Below, piece after piece: positions 40,473 to 53,928 of a stretch of 64,000 bases of DNA. Source of the DNA: Octopus vulgaris (taxonomy: Eukaryota); NCBI GenBank assembly GCA_951406725.2, contig OX597836.1, forward strand, positions 46,934,001 through 46,998,000, read 5' to 3'. Numbering within the stretch: the stretch's first letter is position 1; the number at the start of each line of letters is the position of its first letter. The notes under the pieces are model-generated. The model worked only from the letters and a program-made list of their open reading frames with translations, made no database searches and was not told the origin of the DNA. A program made the translations under genes and the position numbers.

Positions 40473-40685
40473 TGTGTGTGTTTGTGTGTCTGTGTTTGTC
40501 CCCTAGCATTGCTTAACAACCGATGCTAGTGTGTTTATGTCCCCGTTACTTAGCAGTTCGGCAAAAGAGACCAATAGAATAAGTACTGGGCTTACAAAAG
40601 AATAAGTCCCGGGGTCGAGTTGCTCGATTAAAGGCGGTGCTCCAGCATGGCCGCAGTCAAATGACTGAAACAAGTAAAAAAAAAA
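40256..40685 (+). mobile_element. SINE family A, full length
   Basis: GCGCAGGAGTGGCTGTGTGG...GACTGAAACAAGTAAAA. Confidence 0.92.
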
Positions 40686-40717
40686 TGATATCAGTAGTAT
40701 AAGGGAAGAAATAAGAC

Positions 40718-41730
40718 AACGAGCTGGCAGAATGGTTAGCTCGCTGGGCTAACGGTTAGTGGCATTTCGTCTGTTTTTACGTTCTGTGTTAAAATTCGGC
40801 CGAGGACGATTTTGCTTTTCATCCCTTTCGGTTAGGGAGTCAATAAAATAAGTACCATTTGAGCACTGGGAACGATGTAACTGACCCAACCCCTCTCCCC
40901 AAAGTTGCAATCCTTGAGCCAAAATCTGAAACCAATTTTACGAGAAAAGTAGGGCGGCGACCCGGACAAAATGCTTAGCAACATTTCGTTTGTCCTTACG
41001 TTCTGAGTTCAAATTCCGCCGAGGTCGACTTTACCTTTCATTCATCTCTTTCGGAGCCGATAAAATATGTACCAGTCGAGCACTGGGGATCGATGTAATC
41101 GAATTAGCCCCTCTTCTGAAGTTGCTGGCCTTGTGCCAAAATTTGAAATCAATATTATAAGAATCGTTGAGTAGGTAGCTGTCAGAAACGTTAGCACGCC
41201 GGGCGAAATGCCTAGCGGTATCTCGTCTGTCGTTACGTTCTGTGTTCAAATTCCGCCGAGGTCGACTTTGCCTTTCATCCTTTCGGGGTCGATTAAATAA
41301 GTACCAGTTACGCACCGGGGTTGATATAATCGACTTAATCCGTTTGTCTGTCCTTGTTTGTCCTCTCTGTGTTTAGTCCCTTGTGGGTAGTAAAGAAATA
41401 GGTATTTCGTCTGTCGTTACGTTCTGAGTTCAAATTCTCCCGAGGTCGACTTTGCCTTTCATCCTATCGGGTCGATTAAATAAGTACCAGTTACGCACTG
41501 GGGTCGATGTAATCGACTTAATCCGTTTGTCTGTCCTTGTTTGTCCTCTCTGTGTTTAGCCCCTTGTGGGTAGTAAAGAAAGTAAGTTCAAATTCCGCCG
41601 AGGTCGACTTTGCTTTTCATCCTTTCGGGGTTGATAAATTAAGTACCTGTTGCGTACTAGAGTTGATCTAACCGATTGGCCCCCTCCCCATAAATTCCTG
41701 GCCTTGTGCCTAGTGTAGAACAGAATATTA
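40718..41730 (+). mobile_element. Head-to-tail array of about five SINE family E units
   Basis: GTTCAAATTCCGCCGAGGTCGACTTTGCCTTTCATCC recurs at ~40790, 41007, 41244, 41428 and 41586. Confidence 0.9.
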
Positions 41731-42502
41731 TAAGAATGGTAACAGGCAAAATATTTATAAAGGTAGGCATATATTTGATAAGGATTAGACATATATTTCT
41801 CGAGGAAAAAATAGAGTTGACTGAATCGGTTATAAAACACTCATTGTGCTTATTTTAGACCCCGTCCCCATCATAATGAAAAGCTAATTTGACTCCTGCG
41901 GTGTTTAAACCCCCAGATATGTGCAGAGGCACATAGGCTAAACACGACAAAGCGTTTTTGTCCAACTTTTTAGCGTTTCTAACAATGCCAAAATCTCAGA
42001 AAATAAAGATTGCTGGCAGAGGATAATCGAATAAATTGCTCAAGTTTATGTCGATCGCTTATTTTATCGATTACGTAAATGCAAAAAAAATAAATAAATA
42101 ATAACTGCCAAACTGAACAAAGAACACAGCGGAATTGAATACGATTTCTGTCAATATTATTCTATCTTAATGAAATTATGAAAACATATGAAATGGTCAC
42201 TTTCTATATATAGAACCGTGTGTGTGTGTGTGTGTGTGTGTTATAGATCACTCAACAAATAATGTGGATCTATATATACAGGACAAATAATGTTTACTAA
42301 CACAGTTAGAAAGTCTCGTGTTTTGGTTGGTGTTAGTAATCGATCCAGTTTTTTTTCCTCTTGTACTTATTTTATCGATTCTGGAGGACAAATAGCGAAG
42401 TAGATGATCGAATTTGAAGTCAAAACGTCAAAAGAATTAATTAAATATGGCCAACAAATTTGTCCCAAATTCTCCTCGTTGTTGCAGCCACAAAACACAC
42501 AC

Positions 42503-42605
<103 letters not shown>

Positions 42606-43220
42606 AGCAAGTGGGGAAGTGGATAAATATACAGGCTGTATCTAAAAATAGCTTGTATAGGAGAGAATGTTTTAATATTGTTAAGTGTATAGGTGGAGAG
42701 AGAAAGCTGTTTCCATTAACGACCGGAAATCACTGTTTAATTTTCAAAAGTACAAACAATACTTTAAAAGTGCAAGAACTGATCAAGAGTAATCACTCGC
42801 ACAATACTTGGCGGTCGTATTGTGTTCAAAGTTGAATAACAAGCTTTATACCCTAGCAACACACTAGTTGAACTAACGTAATAAAAACATTCATTAAAGT
42901 AATTACAAACTTGTTGCCAGTTCGAATACCTCAGAAAGCCATTCACTGTGTTTTGTTATGGAGTAAATACACCAAATCAGCTCGTGGTATCATCTGACCA
43001 GACTGTGGGATGCATGCATTTAGGAGTGGTTAGCTTTACTTCAAGCCGCAGCTGAAACGAGAGACGGTATCTCCCTTATCGGGGTCGAATATGTCTAAAA
43101 GCATATTTGAGAAGGTAACAAGTTTGTATTCATACGCATCACTACTTGGCGCAGTCGCCCCGCTTTTGACAGATGGAACTTTTGACAAAGGAGGGATATT
43201 TGCTGAAAGCTATGACTATC

Positions 43221-43616
43221 TTTTATCTTTTATTTGCCTCAATCATTAGACTGCGGCCATACTGGGACATCGCCTTGAAAAACTTCCAGTCGAATGGGAA
43301 TAGATCCTACTACTTATTTTTTGAAACCTGCTACTTATTTTATCGGTCTCTTTGCCGAAACCGTCAAGTTACGTTGACGTAAACACATCAACTCCGGTGT
43401 CAAGCGGTGGTGGGGGACAAACCCACACACAAAGACACACACCGCTAAATCCACAATTTTCTTTTTATTCTCTCTCTGTTTATTTTCTCTTATTTCTTTC
43501 TGATGAAGAGCTTAGGCTTGAGACGTAAAAGATTTTCTCACTTTCCCGAGTGTCAAGCTAATACGCCTGCTTGTCGTTCATACATCTGTCTTCGTCTTTT
43601 GTTTTCTTGTAAATTT

Positions 43617-43715
<99 letters not shown>

Positions 43716-43731
43716 TGTATGTATGTATGTA

Positions 43732-43792
<61 letters not shown>

Positions 43793-43983
43793 ACGTGTGT
43801 GTGCGTGCGTGGTATATACATGACGGGCTTCTTTTAGTCTCAGTCTCCCAAACTTACTCGCAAGAAACTGATGGGCCCGAGACTATGGTAGATCACACTT
43901 GCCCAAGGTGCCTCGCACGTGACTGAACCCGGAAGCATGTGGTTGGGAAGTAAGATTCTGACTACAGAGCCAAGCCAGCGCCT
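43221..43983 (-). mobile_element. Diverged SINE family A with a nested insertion in its internal microsatellite
   Basis: 3' half 43221-43440, 5' half 43822-43983. Confidence 0.8.
43443..43619 (+). mobile_element. Hammerhead element, degenerate (GAAA changed to GAGA)
   Basis: 43495-43532 TCTTT-CTGATGA-A-GAGC-TTAG-GCTT-GAGA-CG-TA-AAAGA; 3' end runs into (TA)n. Confidence 0.7.
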
Positions 43984-45204
43984 GGTATCCATAATTAAAA
44001 CACTGGGCATAAAATGAAATCTGGAAAACTCGCCAGCCACCTGCACTCCGAGTTGTGACTGAGTACCTAAATACTCGAATATATGCTGAGTACAACTGTA
44101 ACTAAGCGCAACATGCTACAGTACTAAATGCCATAGTCTGACATTCCAAACAAGACGGTGGAGTAAGTTTCGGGTGGAGGGAGGTAACGAGAATTTTGTG
44201 AAGTTCATGTCTATACACAAACGAATCAGCAGAAACTCTCATCCCAGTATACTACTGGTACATATTTAGCGATTTTAGAAGGATGAATAATGAAGTCGAT
44301 CCTGGCACAGTTTGATGGCAAATCTTAGGAAGTAATGAAACAAGTCTGGAATATATTCAATCAGACGCGCTTGATTCCTATGCTGTGACTTTACTTATTA
44401 AATCGGACCACACACTCTATCGATATGTTAAGTCTTCTGGCAGAGGCGGTTTAGGTTTGAATGTAGGGAAATTGCTGAAATAGCGATTGAAATCATATTA
44501 ATGTCTCAGTTGACCAGAGACTTGGTCCTTGATAAAAGGCATTTATCAGTCAAAGTTCTCCCCTGACTCACAATATTCATAACTCAATGAAATCGATATC
44601 AAAACGACAAATATATACTTGCCTTTCTGCTCTCTCTTTACAAATACACGCACGCCCACACAAAGATTCTCTCTCTCATACAAATACAGGCACACATATG
44701 AATCACAATGAGGGAGATTATAAATTAAGAGAAAAAAAGTTCGATAGATCCTAATCAATAATTACCGACCTCTTTCAATAGAGATGAAATGTGGGGTTCC
44801 AACGTAATTACATTTTTAAACTGTTCACTAGGTTTCAAAAGAATCTATTCTTAATAGAAAACAAAACATTATGATATAAAATTAAAGATCTTTGTGAGGG
44901 AATTTCCAGAGTTCTATAGGAACTCAAGTTTCCTGAACGATCGCAATCAAGCAATTATTGTCAGCATGAAGTGGAGAAGTTTTCAGCTGCCAGAATTATT
45001 CATTCAAATTCTTTCTCTGATTAACATAAATTGTACATTTAGTTTTATTTTCTATCACGACCAAACAGTCCGATGGCATTAAGATCTCAACGTCGTGGTG
45101 AGACATTCATTCAATGTGTAAATGATTAGCTTGAATATATTCCATTGTTGTTTGTAATCCATTTGTTTAAATAGAGACAAAAATGTTTGAAACTGATGAA
45201 AAAA

Positions 45205-45630
45205 TATTGGTTTCAAATTTTGGCTGAACGACAGAAATTTCGAGAAAGGGGTGTTAAGTCGATTACATCGACCCCAATGTTCAAACGATAGTTCTTTTAT
45301 AGACCCCGGAAGGATAAAAGGCAAAGTGGACATTTGCGGAATTTGAACTCAGAACGTAAAGACGGACAAAATGTCGTTAAGTATTTTGTCCGGCGTGCTA
45401 ACGGTTCTGCCAACACGTTGCCTTACAACTGATTAAAAAAAAAAAAAAAAAAAAAAAAAATGGTGTAAAATTTTGGTACACGGCCAGCAATTTCGGAGGA
45501 GGGTAAGCCGATGACACCGAAAGGATGATAGGCAAAATCGACATTGGCTGAATTTGAACGTAAAGGTTATCGAAACGCCGCAAAGCATCTTGTCTGTCGT
45601 AGCTACGATTTTGCCAGCTCACCGCCTTAA
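45205..45630 (-). mobile_element. Two SINE family E copies
   Basis: AAGGAT..AAGGCAAA...GAATTTGAAC motifs. Confidence 0.8.
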
Positions 45631-46575
45631 ACTGATAAAGTATATTAATAATTCTGTACAGGATGTAGAGTTTATTGAAATTTTATTGCTAGTTAAATAA
45701 ATATGATTATATTAACGGCTTTTATTATTGTCATTGTGTTTCTGGGTGGTAAAAACGCAGAGCAGAGGACTAAATTTCTTGTGTAATTTAGTTTCATCCT
45801 TCCATTTCCCAAGTTCAAATCCTATAAGGATCGACTTCGCCTTTCATCATTTTCGCAATACACAAGGATTGATTCAGCAATTCTAACCTTTATAAAACCT
45901 CCACAACTAATTAATTCTGAGGTTATGTCAGTATTGAAAGAGCAGACTGGTGACTGCTATAACAGAGCGTCGGGCTTAAATTAGCTCTGTGCCATTATGT
46001 TATGATTTTAAACCACGCCAAGTTCCTGCGCTGTCAGTCATGCTGTGTGCTCTCTTCACTGGACTGTATTCTTCGGCTCAATAAAATAAATTGCAAACAG
46101 GATTATGAATAACAGTGGACTGGAGTTTACAAGAATCTCAACTCCTGCTTTTCAGCTTTCATGAATAATTAACCCCGAAACGGTGCTCAATCTCGCGCAG
46201 AAATGGACTGAGTGGAGAAAACTATTTCAGAAGAATCTACATAGAATCTACTACGCATTCCAGTTTAACCTTCATGTCTTACCCAAGGGAACATATAAAC
46301 AATTGGGAATGAATGCCCTCTCGTTTCTTGTGGAATACTTGTATTGCTTTGAGGAAGTCCACCTACTGTCAAGATTCTCCCTGCGCTATTTCGATATGTT
46401 ATGTAAACATGATGCTGCAGCGATTGCTGGTCGCGGAATGGTTACCGTCACAAGGATCGCTTAGCGGACATAATCTTACGAACCTCATTTTTTTTTCTTT
46501 TGATCTGCACATTAGACCAAGCAAATACCAGGAGCAACATTTGGTATTTGGACTGGCAGGAGCTCCGAAGTCTCT

Positions 46576-46712
46576 TATTTCTTTATTGCCCACAAGGGGC
46601 TAAACATAGAGGGGATAAACAAGGACCAACGAAGGGATCAAGTCGATTAAATCGACCCCAGTGCGTAACTGGTACTTAATTCATCGATCCCGAAAGGATG
46701 AAAGGCAAAGTC
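46576..46712 (-). mobile_element. 5'-truncated SINE family E with 16-bp TSD
   Basis: GAGCTCCGAAGTCTCT at 46560-46575 and 46713-46728. Confidence 0.9.
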
Positions 46713-46758
46713 GAGCTCCGAAGTCTCTACTAGAGGGGCAAGCGTCCAGCCTACAGAT

Positions 46759-47008
46759 CAGTGGTTCTCAACCGGGGTCCATATGGCCCTTGGGGTGAGG
46801 GGTCATATAAGATTTTGTTAACATCTATCTGCAATAAATAGGTTGTAGGTCTGCAATACGCAAACTATTTTCATTCTTTTATACAATTCCTAATAATATT
46901 CAATTATAAAAATATATGACTTTTTAAACGCCGAATGGCTAGTAGGGTCCACCAGAGTAAAACAGAAATTAAAGGGATCCTGAGGTGAAAGATGGTTCAG
47001 AAATACTG
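46759..47008. mobile_element. hAT-type MITE with perfect 8-bp TSD
   Basis: CTACAGAT|CAGTGGTTCTCAA...TTCAGAAATACTG|CTACAGAT. Confidence 0.88.
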
Positions 47009-47073
47009 CTACAGATGTTAATGATTAGTGACGATGACCTCAGTGAGAATGATTTCAAGGACCCGGTATTATA

Positions 47074-48228
47074 TTGGGTTGTCCGGAAAGTTCGTGCCGA
47101 TTTTTAAAGGAAAGAAAAATGGTCAATAAATACTTGCCATTACATTTTTAATCAACCAAATAGGAACCATTTTGTTGCACAATGCGTCTTCATCTTTCCT
47201 TTAACTTGAAAATACCCTCTTCCCAGAATTGCGGTGGTTTCATGGCAAAGAATTCATCAAGGTACCTTTTTACGTCATCCAAAGAATTGAAATTTTTACC
47301 ATTAAGGCTTATTCTTCAGAGACCTGAATAAGTGGAAATCCGAAGGAGCAATATCTGGGGAATATGGAGGGTGGGGTAACACATCCAAACCGAGCTGCAG
47401 CAATTTTTGTCTGATTCCCAAAGAAACGTGCGATCTTGCATTATCATGTTGGAAAATAACAGCCTTCCTGTTGACCAATTCTGGACGTTTCTCTTGAATT
47501 GCTGCTTTTAACTCGTCTAGTTGTGTGCAGTATTTCTCAGAATTAATTGTCTGGTTACTTGGGAGAAGCTCATAGTACAGAATTTTTTTCCAATCCCACC
47601 AGACACAAAGCAAGATTTTTTAGGGTGAAGGCCCGCTTTCGGGGTGGCTAAGGGTGGTTCATGTCGCTTACTCCAGGATTGATTTCTCTGAACATTTCAG
47701 TAGATAATCCATTTCCCATCACCTGTCACAATTTGCTTTAAAAAAGGCGCGTTTTCATTCCGTTTATAAAGCGAATCACAGATGGAAATGCGATCCAAAA
47801 GGTTCTTCTCACTCAACTCATGTGGTATCCAAACATCGTAGCGATTTGTGTATCCAAGCTTTACCAGGTGCTCATGAACGACGGATTTTGATAGGTTGGG
47901 GCTTTCTGCCAATTCTCATGTTGTGCAATGTGGGTTATTTTCAATTAATGACTTGATTTGGTCATCATCTATTGTGGATGGTCTGCCTGATCGCTCTTTA
48001 TCAATAAGGCTACAATCTCCAACTAGAAACCTTGCGAACCACTTCCGTACAGTTCTTTCGGATAAAGAAACATCACCGTAAACTGCGCTTATTTCTTTGG
48101 TTGCTTGTGAGGCATTTTTTCCTTTACGGAAAAAGAAAAGAATCAAGTGCCGAAAATGTCTTCCATTTTAAAGGGTTACAGAATTAACACAGGTTATAGG
48201 AATATAAACCTTCTTCCACGAAAAGATA
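47074..48228 (-). mobile_element. Near-complete frameshifted mariner (DD34D) transposon with one TIR
   Basis: HTH (RKGKNASQAT...WFARF...RSGRP), WIPHEL, VTGDGKWI, HDNA-x-YSPDIAPSD with 34 residues between the two Asp; TA|TTGGGTTGTCCGGAAAGTTCGTGCCGATTTT. Confidence 0.93.
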
Positions 48229-48323
48229 GCGACGGACCGGCGTCCTGTCCAGGTGGGGAACCTATACGCCAAGGAAACCGGGAAACTGGCCCTAATGAGC
48301 CAGGCATGGTTCGTGAAGGAACA

Positions 48324-48384
<61 letters not shown>

Positions 48385-48430
48385 CTTCATACGTCGAAAC
48401 CGACGGGAGAGTCCATCATATATATATATA

Positions 48431-48589
48431 TACGACGAGCTTCTTTCAGTGTCCGTCTACTAAATCCACTCACAAAGTTTGGCTGGCCCGAGGCTATAGC
48501 AGAAGACACTTGCCCAAGTTGCCACACAGTGGGGCTGAACCTGGAACCATGTGGTTGGGAAGCAAGCTTCCTACCACACAGCCACGCCT
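48431..48589 (-). mobile_element. SINE family A, 5' half
   Basis: GAAGACACTTGCCCAAG...CCACACAGCCACGCC. Confidence 0.85.
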
Positions 48590-48930
48590 ATATATATATA
48601 TATAGTCAACTATAAGGTTAAAGAATTAAAAGTTAAGAAAATATGTGTTAAACACAGTATCGAAACCTTATTCCAGGGTAAGTCCCTTCCATATATTACT
48701 ATGCGCCAATAGACAGTTGTGTGGGGTTTTTCCCATGTACTGTTTATCGTTCTGAGCCTGCATGTGTGTCTGAGTAGTCTAGTGAGTGTGTGCAATCCTT
48801 GCATGCATGTGGGAGCAGAGTCGACGTGTTTCTACATGCCTGTGTGCTGAGTGGAAGTCCCTGGTGTGTACTGATGTGTACACGTGTATATCTGTGTATG
48901 AGCCTGTGTGTGTATAATTGTGTGGGTGTA

Positions 48931-49633
48931 CAGGGTATCCATAAAGTCTCTTTACAATTTTAAAATTTTATTACAAAGGCAGTTGACAAGATATCTTAAC
49001 CAGATTTGTTTTATTGTAATAATTGTTTATTAAAGTTTTTTTTAACTGTTATTTAATAGACCTCAATATGGGTACCATTAGTTGCACAAAGCACATCAAG
49101 ACGGAATTCGATTTCTTGCCATGTTTGCTGTAGGATAGCCTTATCAACGGTGGTAATGGCATTACGAATCCTTTGCTTCAATCAGCAATGTCCCGTATCT
49201 TTGTTTGATACACGATATCTTTTACATAACCCCATAAAAAGAAGTCCAAGGGAATGACACCTGGCGAACGCAGTGGCCATGGAATTGGCCCATCCATTCC
49301 AATCCATCGGTCTGGAAATGTTTGATTGAGGAACTGACAAACATGCCGCCCCCAATGTGCTGGGACACCATCTTGCTGGAGAATGATGGTTGGTTGTAAA
49401 TCAATCAGTTGTGGTGCCACATATTCGGTCAGAAGGTCGAGGTAAACATCTACATCTTGTTGAAGAAAAATGGACCAATTATTCGATTGCACATAATTCC
49501 ACACCATATATACAATATCAATAAAAACTTTAATAAACAATTATTAAAATTAAACAAATCTTGTTAAAATATCTCATCAACTGCCTTTATAATAATTTTT
49601 TTTAAATTGTAAAGAGACTTTATGGACACCCTG
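48931..49633 (-). mobile_element. Internally deleted Tc1/mariner DD41D (rosa/VS-type) element with ~110-bp TIRs and TA TSD
   Basis: TA|CAGGGT.TCCATAAAGTCTCTTTACAATTT TIRs; QQDGVPAH...WIG...WPLRSP...PLDFFLWG with 41 residues between the two Asp. Confidence 0.9.
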
Positions 49634-50147
49634 TATATTTGTACTTGCCTGCAAGCATGTGAGACTGTGGGTGTCAATGTACATATGAATTTGTATGCCC
49701 TATGGTGTGGGTGTGATGGGGCAGGTGTGGGGCGGTCTGTGAGCATTGCGTGAGGGTGTGTGTGTGTGTGCCTGTGTGAGTGTGTCTGTGGGTGTACCAC
49801 TGTGTGCGCGTGCGTGTGCTCCATGGTGGCAGTGTTGATGTGATCTCTTTATGTGTCTGAGTAGGTGAATCTTTGTGCCCTGTGGGATGTATCGGTGTGT
49901 GTGGGTATGTTTCTACATGTGCGTATAGCTGTGTTCATGTGTGATTGACTGAAATACACACATGTGGTCCATACATGTGGCGTGTGCTGGAGTGTGCCCG
50001 CGAGTGTGATTATTAATGTGCGCGTCTGTATGTTTTTGCACTGATTTAAACGTAAGAATGTGCGCGTCTGTTTGTGCGTCTAATTGTTAAAATCTCTTAA
50101 TACGGTGAAGCTCAAATGTAAATCTCTCAGCTTAAAGCCTTTTTTTC

Positions 50148-50252
50148 CCACCTGAGGAGTCTTCTATGCACTGGGAGTTGCATCTCGTGTTATTGCATCA
50201 TTCCACGCCCACAAGGGAGCAGTGCATCTTGATGATGAAACAATTGTTGTGG
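50148..50252 (+). ncRNA. Hammerhead ribozyme motif with long stem II
   Basis: CCAC-CTGAGGA-GTCTTC-T-ATGCACTG...CAGTGCAT-CTT-GATGAT-GAAA-CAATTG-TT-GTGG. Confidence 0.7.
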
Positions 50253-50294
50253 TAATATAAATTTTTTTGTTGGAGCATTCCGACTTCTCTTTTT

Positions 50295-50326
<32 letters not shown>

Positions 50327-50330
<4 letters not shown>

Positions 50331-50529
50331 GTGCGTGCGTGTGTACCGTTGGCGATTTTTTTCCCTCCGTCTTCCCTTCCTTGGATCTTTCCTTTTTTTA
50401 TGTTTCTGACGAAGAGCTCCGCTCGAAACGTTAAATCCTCCATCTTTCCTTCCTTTCCTGAGCGTCCAATAACACTATACTTGTTCCACATCCTCGAGTT
50501 GTGTATTCTCTGTGTTTTCATGTTTGGAT

Positions 50530-50534
<5 letters not shown>
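50327..50534 (+). mobile_element. ~205 bp TA-embedded element with an intact minimal hammerhead
   Basis: 50402-50436 GTTT-CTGACGA-A-GAGC-TCC-GCTC-GAAA-CG-TT-AAAT. Confidence 0.85.
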
Positions 50535-50569
<35 letters not shown>

Positions 50570-51096
50570 CATATACATATATACATATACATATACATAT
50601 ATACACATATACATATATACACATATACATATATACACATATACATATATACACATATACATACATACACATATACATACATACACATATACATACATAC
50701 ACATATACATACATATACATATACATACATATACATATATATATACATATACATACATATACATATACATACATATACATATATATACATATACATATAT
50801 ATACATATACATATATATACATATACATATATATACATATACATACATATACATATACATATATATACATATACATATATATACATATACATATATATAC
50901 ATATACATATATATACATATACATATATATACATATACATATATATACATATACATATATATACATATACATATATATACATATATATATATATACATAT
51001 ACATACATATACATACATATACATATATATACATATACATACATATACATATATATACATATACATACATATACATATATATACATATACATATAC

Positions 51097-51127
<31 letters not shown>

Positions 51128-51750
51128 CACATACATATACATACATATACATATACATATATATACATATATATACATATACATATACATATACATACAT
51201 ATACATATATATACATATACATATATATACATATACATACATATATATACATATATATACATATACATACATACATATATACATATACATATATATACAT
51301 ATACATACATATATATACATATACATATATATACATATATATACATATACATATATATACATATATATACATATACATATATATACATATACATACATAT
51401 ACATATATATACATATACATATATATACATATATATACATATACATACATATACATATATATACATATACATATATATACATATACATACATATACATAT
51501 ACATACATATACATACATATACATATATATATACATATATATACATATATATATACATATATATATACATATATATACATACATATATATACATATATAC
51601 ATACATATATATACATATATACATATATATACATACATATATACATACATATATACATATATATACATACATATATACATACATATATACATATATATAC
51701 ATACATATATACATATATATACATACATATATACATACATATATACATAC

Positions 51751-51829
<79 letters not shown>

Positions 51830-52036
51830 CATATACATACATATATATATATACATACATATATACATATATATATACATACATATATATATATACATAC
51901 ATATATATATATACATACATATATATATATACATACATATATATATACATATATATATACACATATATATATACATATATATACATATATATACATATAT
52001 ATATACATATATATATATATATACATATATATATAC

Positions 52037-52067
<31 letters not shown>

Positions 52068-52089
52068 CATATATATATACATATATATA

Positions 52090-52120
<31 letters not shown>

Positions 52121-52347
52121 CATATATATATACATATATACATATATATATACATATATACATATACATATATACATATGCATATATATATACATATATA
52201 TATATACATATATATATATGCATATATATATATACATATACATATATATATATACATATATATATACATATACATATATATATATACATATACGCATATA
52301 TATATACATATACATATATACATATACATATACGCATATATATATAC

Positions 52348-52413
<66 letters not shown>

Positions 52414-52466
52414 GTTTGTGTGTGTGCGTATGTATGTATATTGTGCGTGTGTATGTGTGTGTGTGT
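50535..52466. repeat. ~1.9 kb (TA/TACA/TATACA)n compound microsatellite
   Basis: Direct reading; source of the 500-700 aa spurious ORFs. Confidence 0.97.
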
Positions 52467-52858
52467 AATTGTTACTATGTGATCCAGGAGAAATCCTGAT
52501 TTAATCTCCTTCATACAACAAAAAAATAAATCGATGCTGAGAACCAATACTCAATAAGACATTCATAATGATTCACAAAAATTACATGATTTGGTATTTA
52601 TTTAAGTCGGGTTTGAAGTAAGAAGCCTAAGCCATTGTATCAACCAACATTTGTGGAGTGGATGGAGTCTATTCCAAATGAAAATATTGGCGATATTTAC
52701 ATAAGCACAAAGCGCAATGAATAACAAGACATTCGTTAGAATTCACCCAGACAGTATTTGAAGAAGCCATCGGGTTTTTATATAAGCAAGCATGAAATAT
52801 TCGAATATGTGATTTCGTCTCAATCTTTCCCTTGACTCGCTCGAAAATCTCCCAATAT

Positions 52859-53258
52859 TACTCTTTTACTCTTTTACTTGTTTCAGTCATTTGACTGCGG
52901 CCATGCTGGAGCACCGCCTTTAGTCGACCAAATCGACCCTGGGTCTTATTCTTTGTAAGCCCAGTACTTATTCTATCGGTCTCTTTTGCCGAACCGCTAA
53001 GTGACGGGGACATAAACACACCAGCATCGGTTGTCAAGCAATGCTAGGGGGACAAACACACACACACGCATATATATATATATATATATATATACGACAG
53101 GCTTCTTTCAGTTTCCGTCTACCAAATCCACTCACAAGGCATTGGTCGGCCCGGGGCTATAGCAGAAGACACTTGCCCAAGATGCCACGCAGTGGGACTG
53201 AACCCGGAACCATGTGGTTGGTTAGCAAGCTACTTATCACACAGCCACTCCTGCGCCT
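52859..53258 (-). mobile_element. SINE family A, full length
   Basis: Consensus-like copy. Confidence 0.93.
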
Positions 53259-53766
53259 ATGAGATGAATTCGCATAAAATTCCGGTGAAAACTTCAAAAA
53301 CTTGACTGTTAAGAATGAAATAATTACAAGTTAGTTGACAAAAGACTGAAATACTGAAGAAAAGCTGCACTAATAAACATTGGATGACCATAGATCTATG
53401 TTGTGTTATAAATAACCAATCGATGAAGCGAGTCATTATATTTTGTACTGGATTAATACTTTGTTACCAAATCAAACATCAGCTTCGTATTTAATATAAA
53501 ACTGATAAAACTCATACAGAAATTGATCTCCTAATTGAAACAAATCGGCAGAAGCTATTTTTGGTTACAATCAACCTGATCGATACTATTTTCGGTGTAT
53601 TTTCGGCTTGCTACAAAGAAAGGAAATTTGATCATGTGATTATATTTAGTTTCCTTTTGCAGCGCATTGTTGGCGCTGTTGTTGATGTTGTTAACATTGT
53701 ATTTCATTACTAGGTTGTTATTGTTTTTACTTTGATAGATGTATTTCATTTTTACGCGTTTTTATT

Positions 53767-53768
<2 letters not shown>

Positions 53769-53855
<87 letters not shown>

Positions 53856-53893
53856 CATGTGTGTGTGTGTGCGTGTGTGTGTGTGCGTGCGTG

Positions 53894-53928
<35 letters not shown>
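53769..53928. repeat. (GT)n microsatellite
   Basis: Direct reading. Confidence 0.97.

Noticed and set aside
50294-52547. 500-720 aa ORFs in several frames
   Set aside because: Translations of TA/CA microsatellite that lacks stop codons
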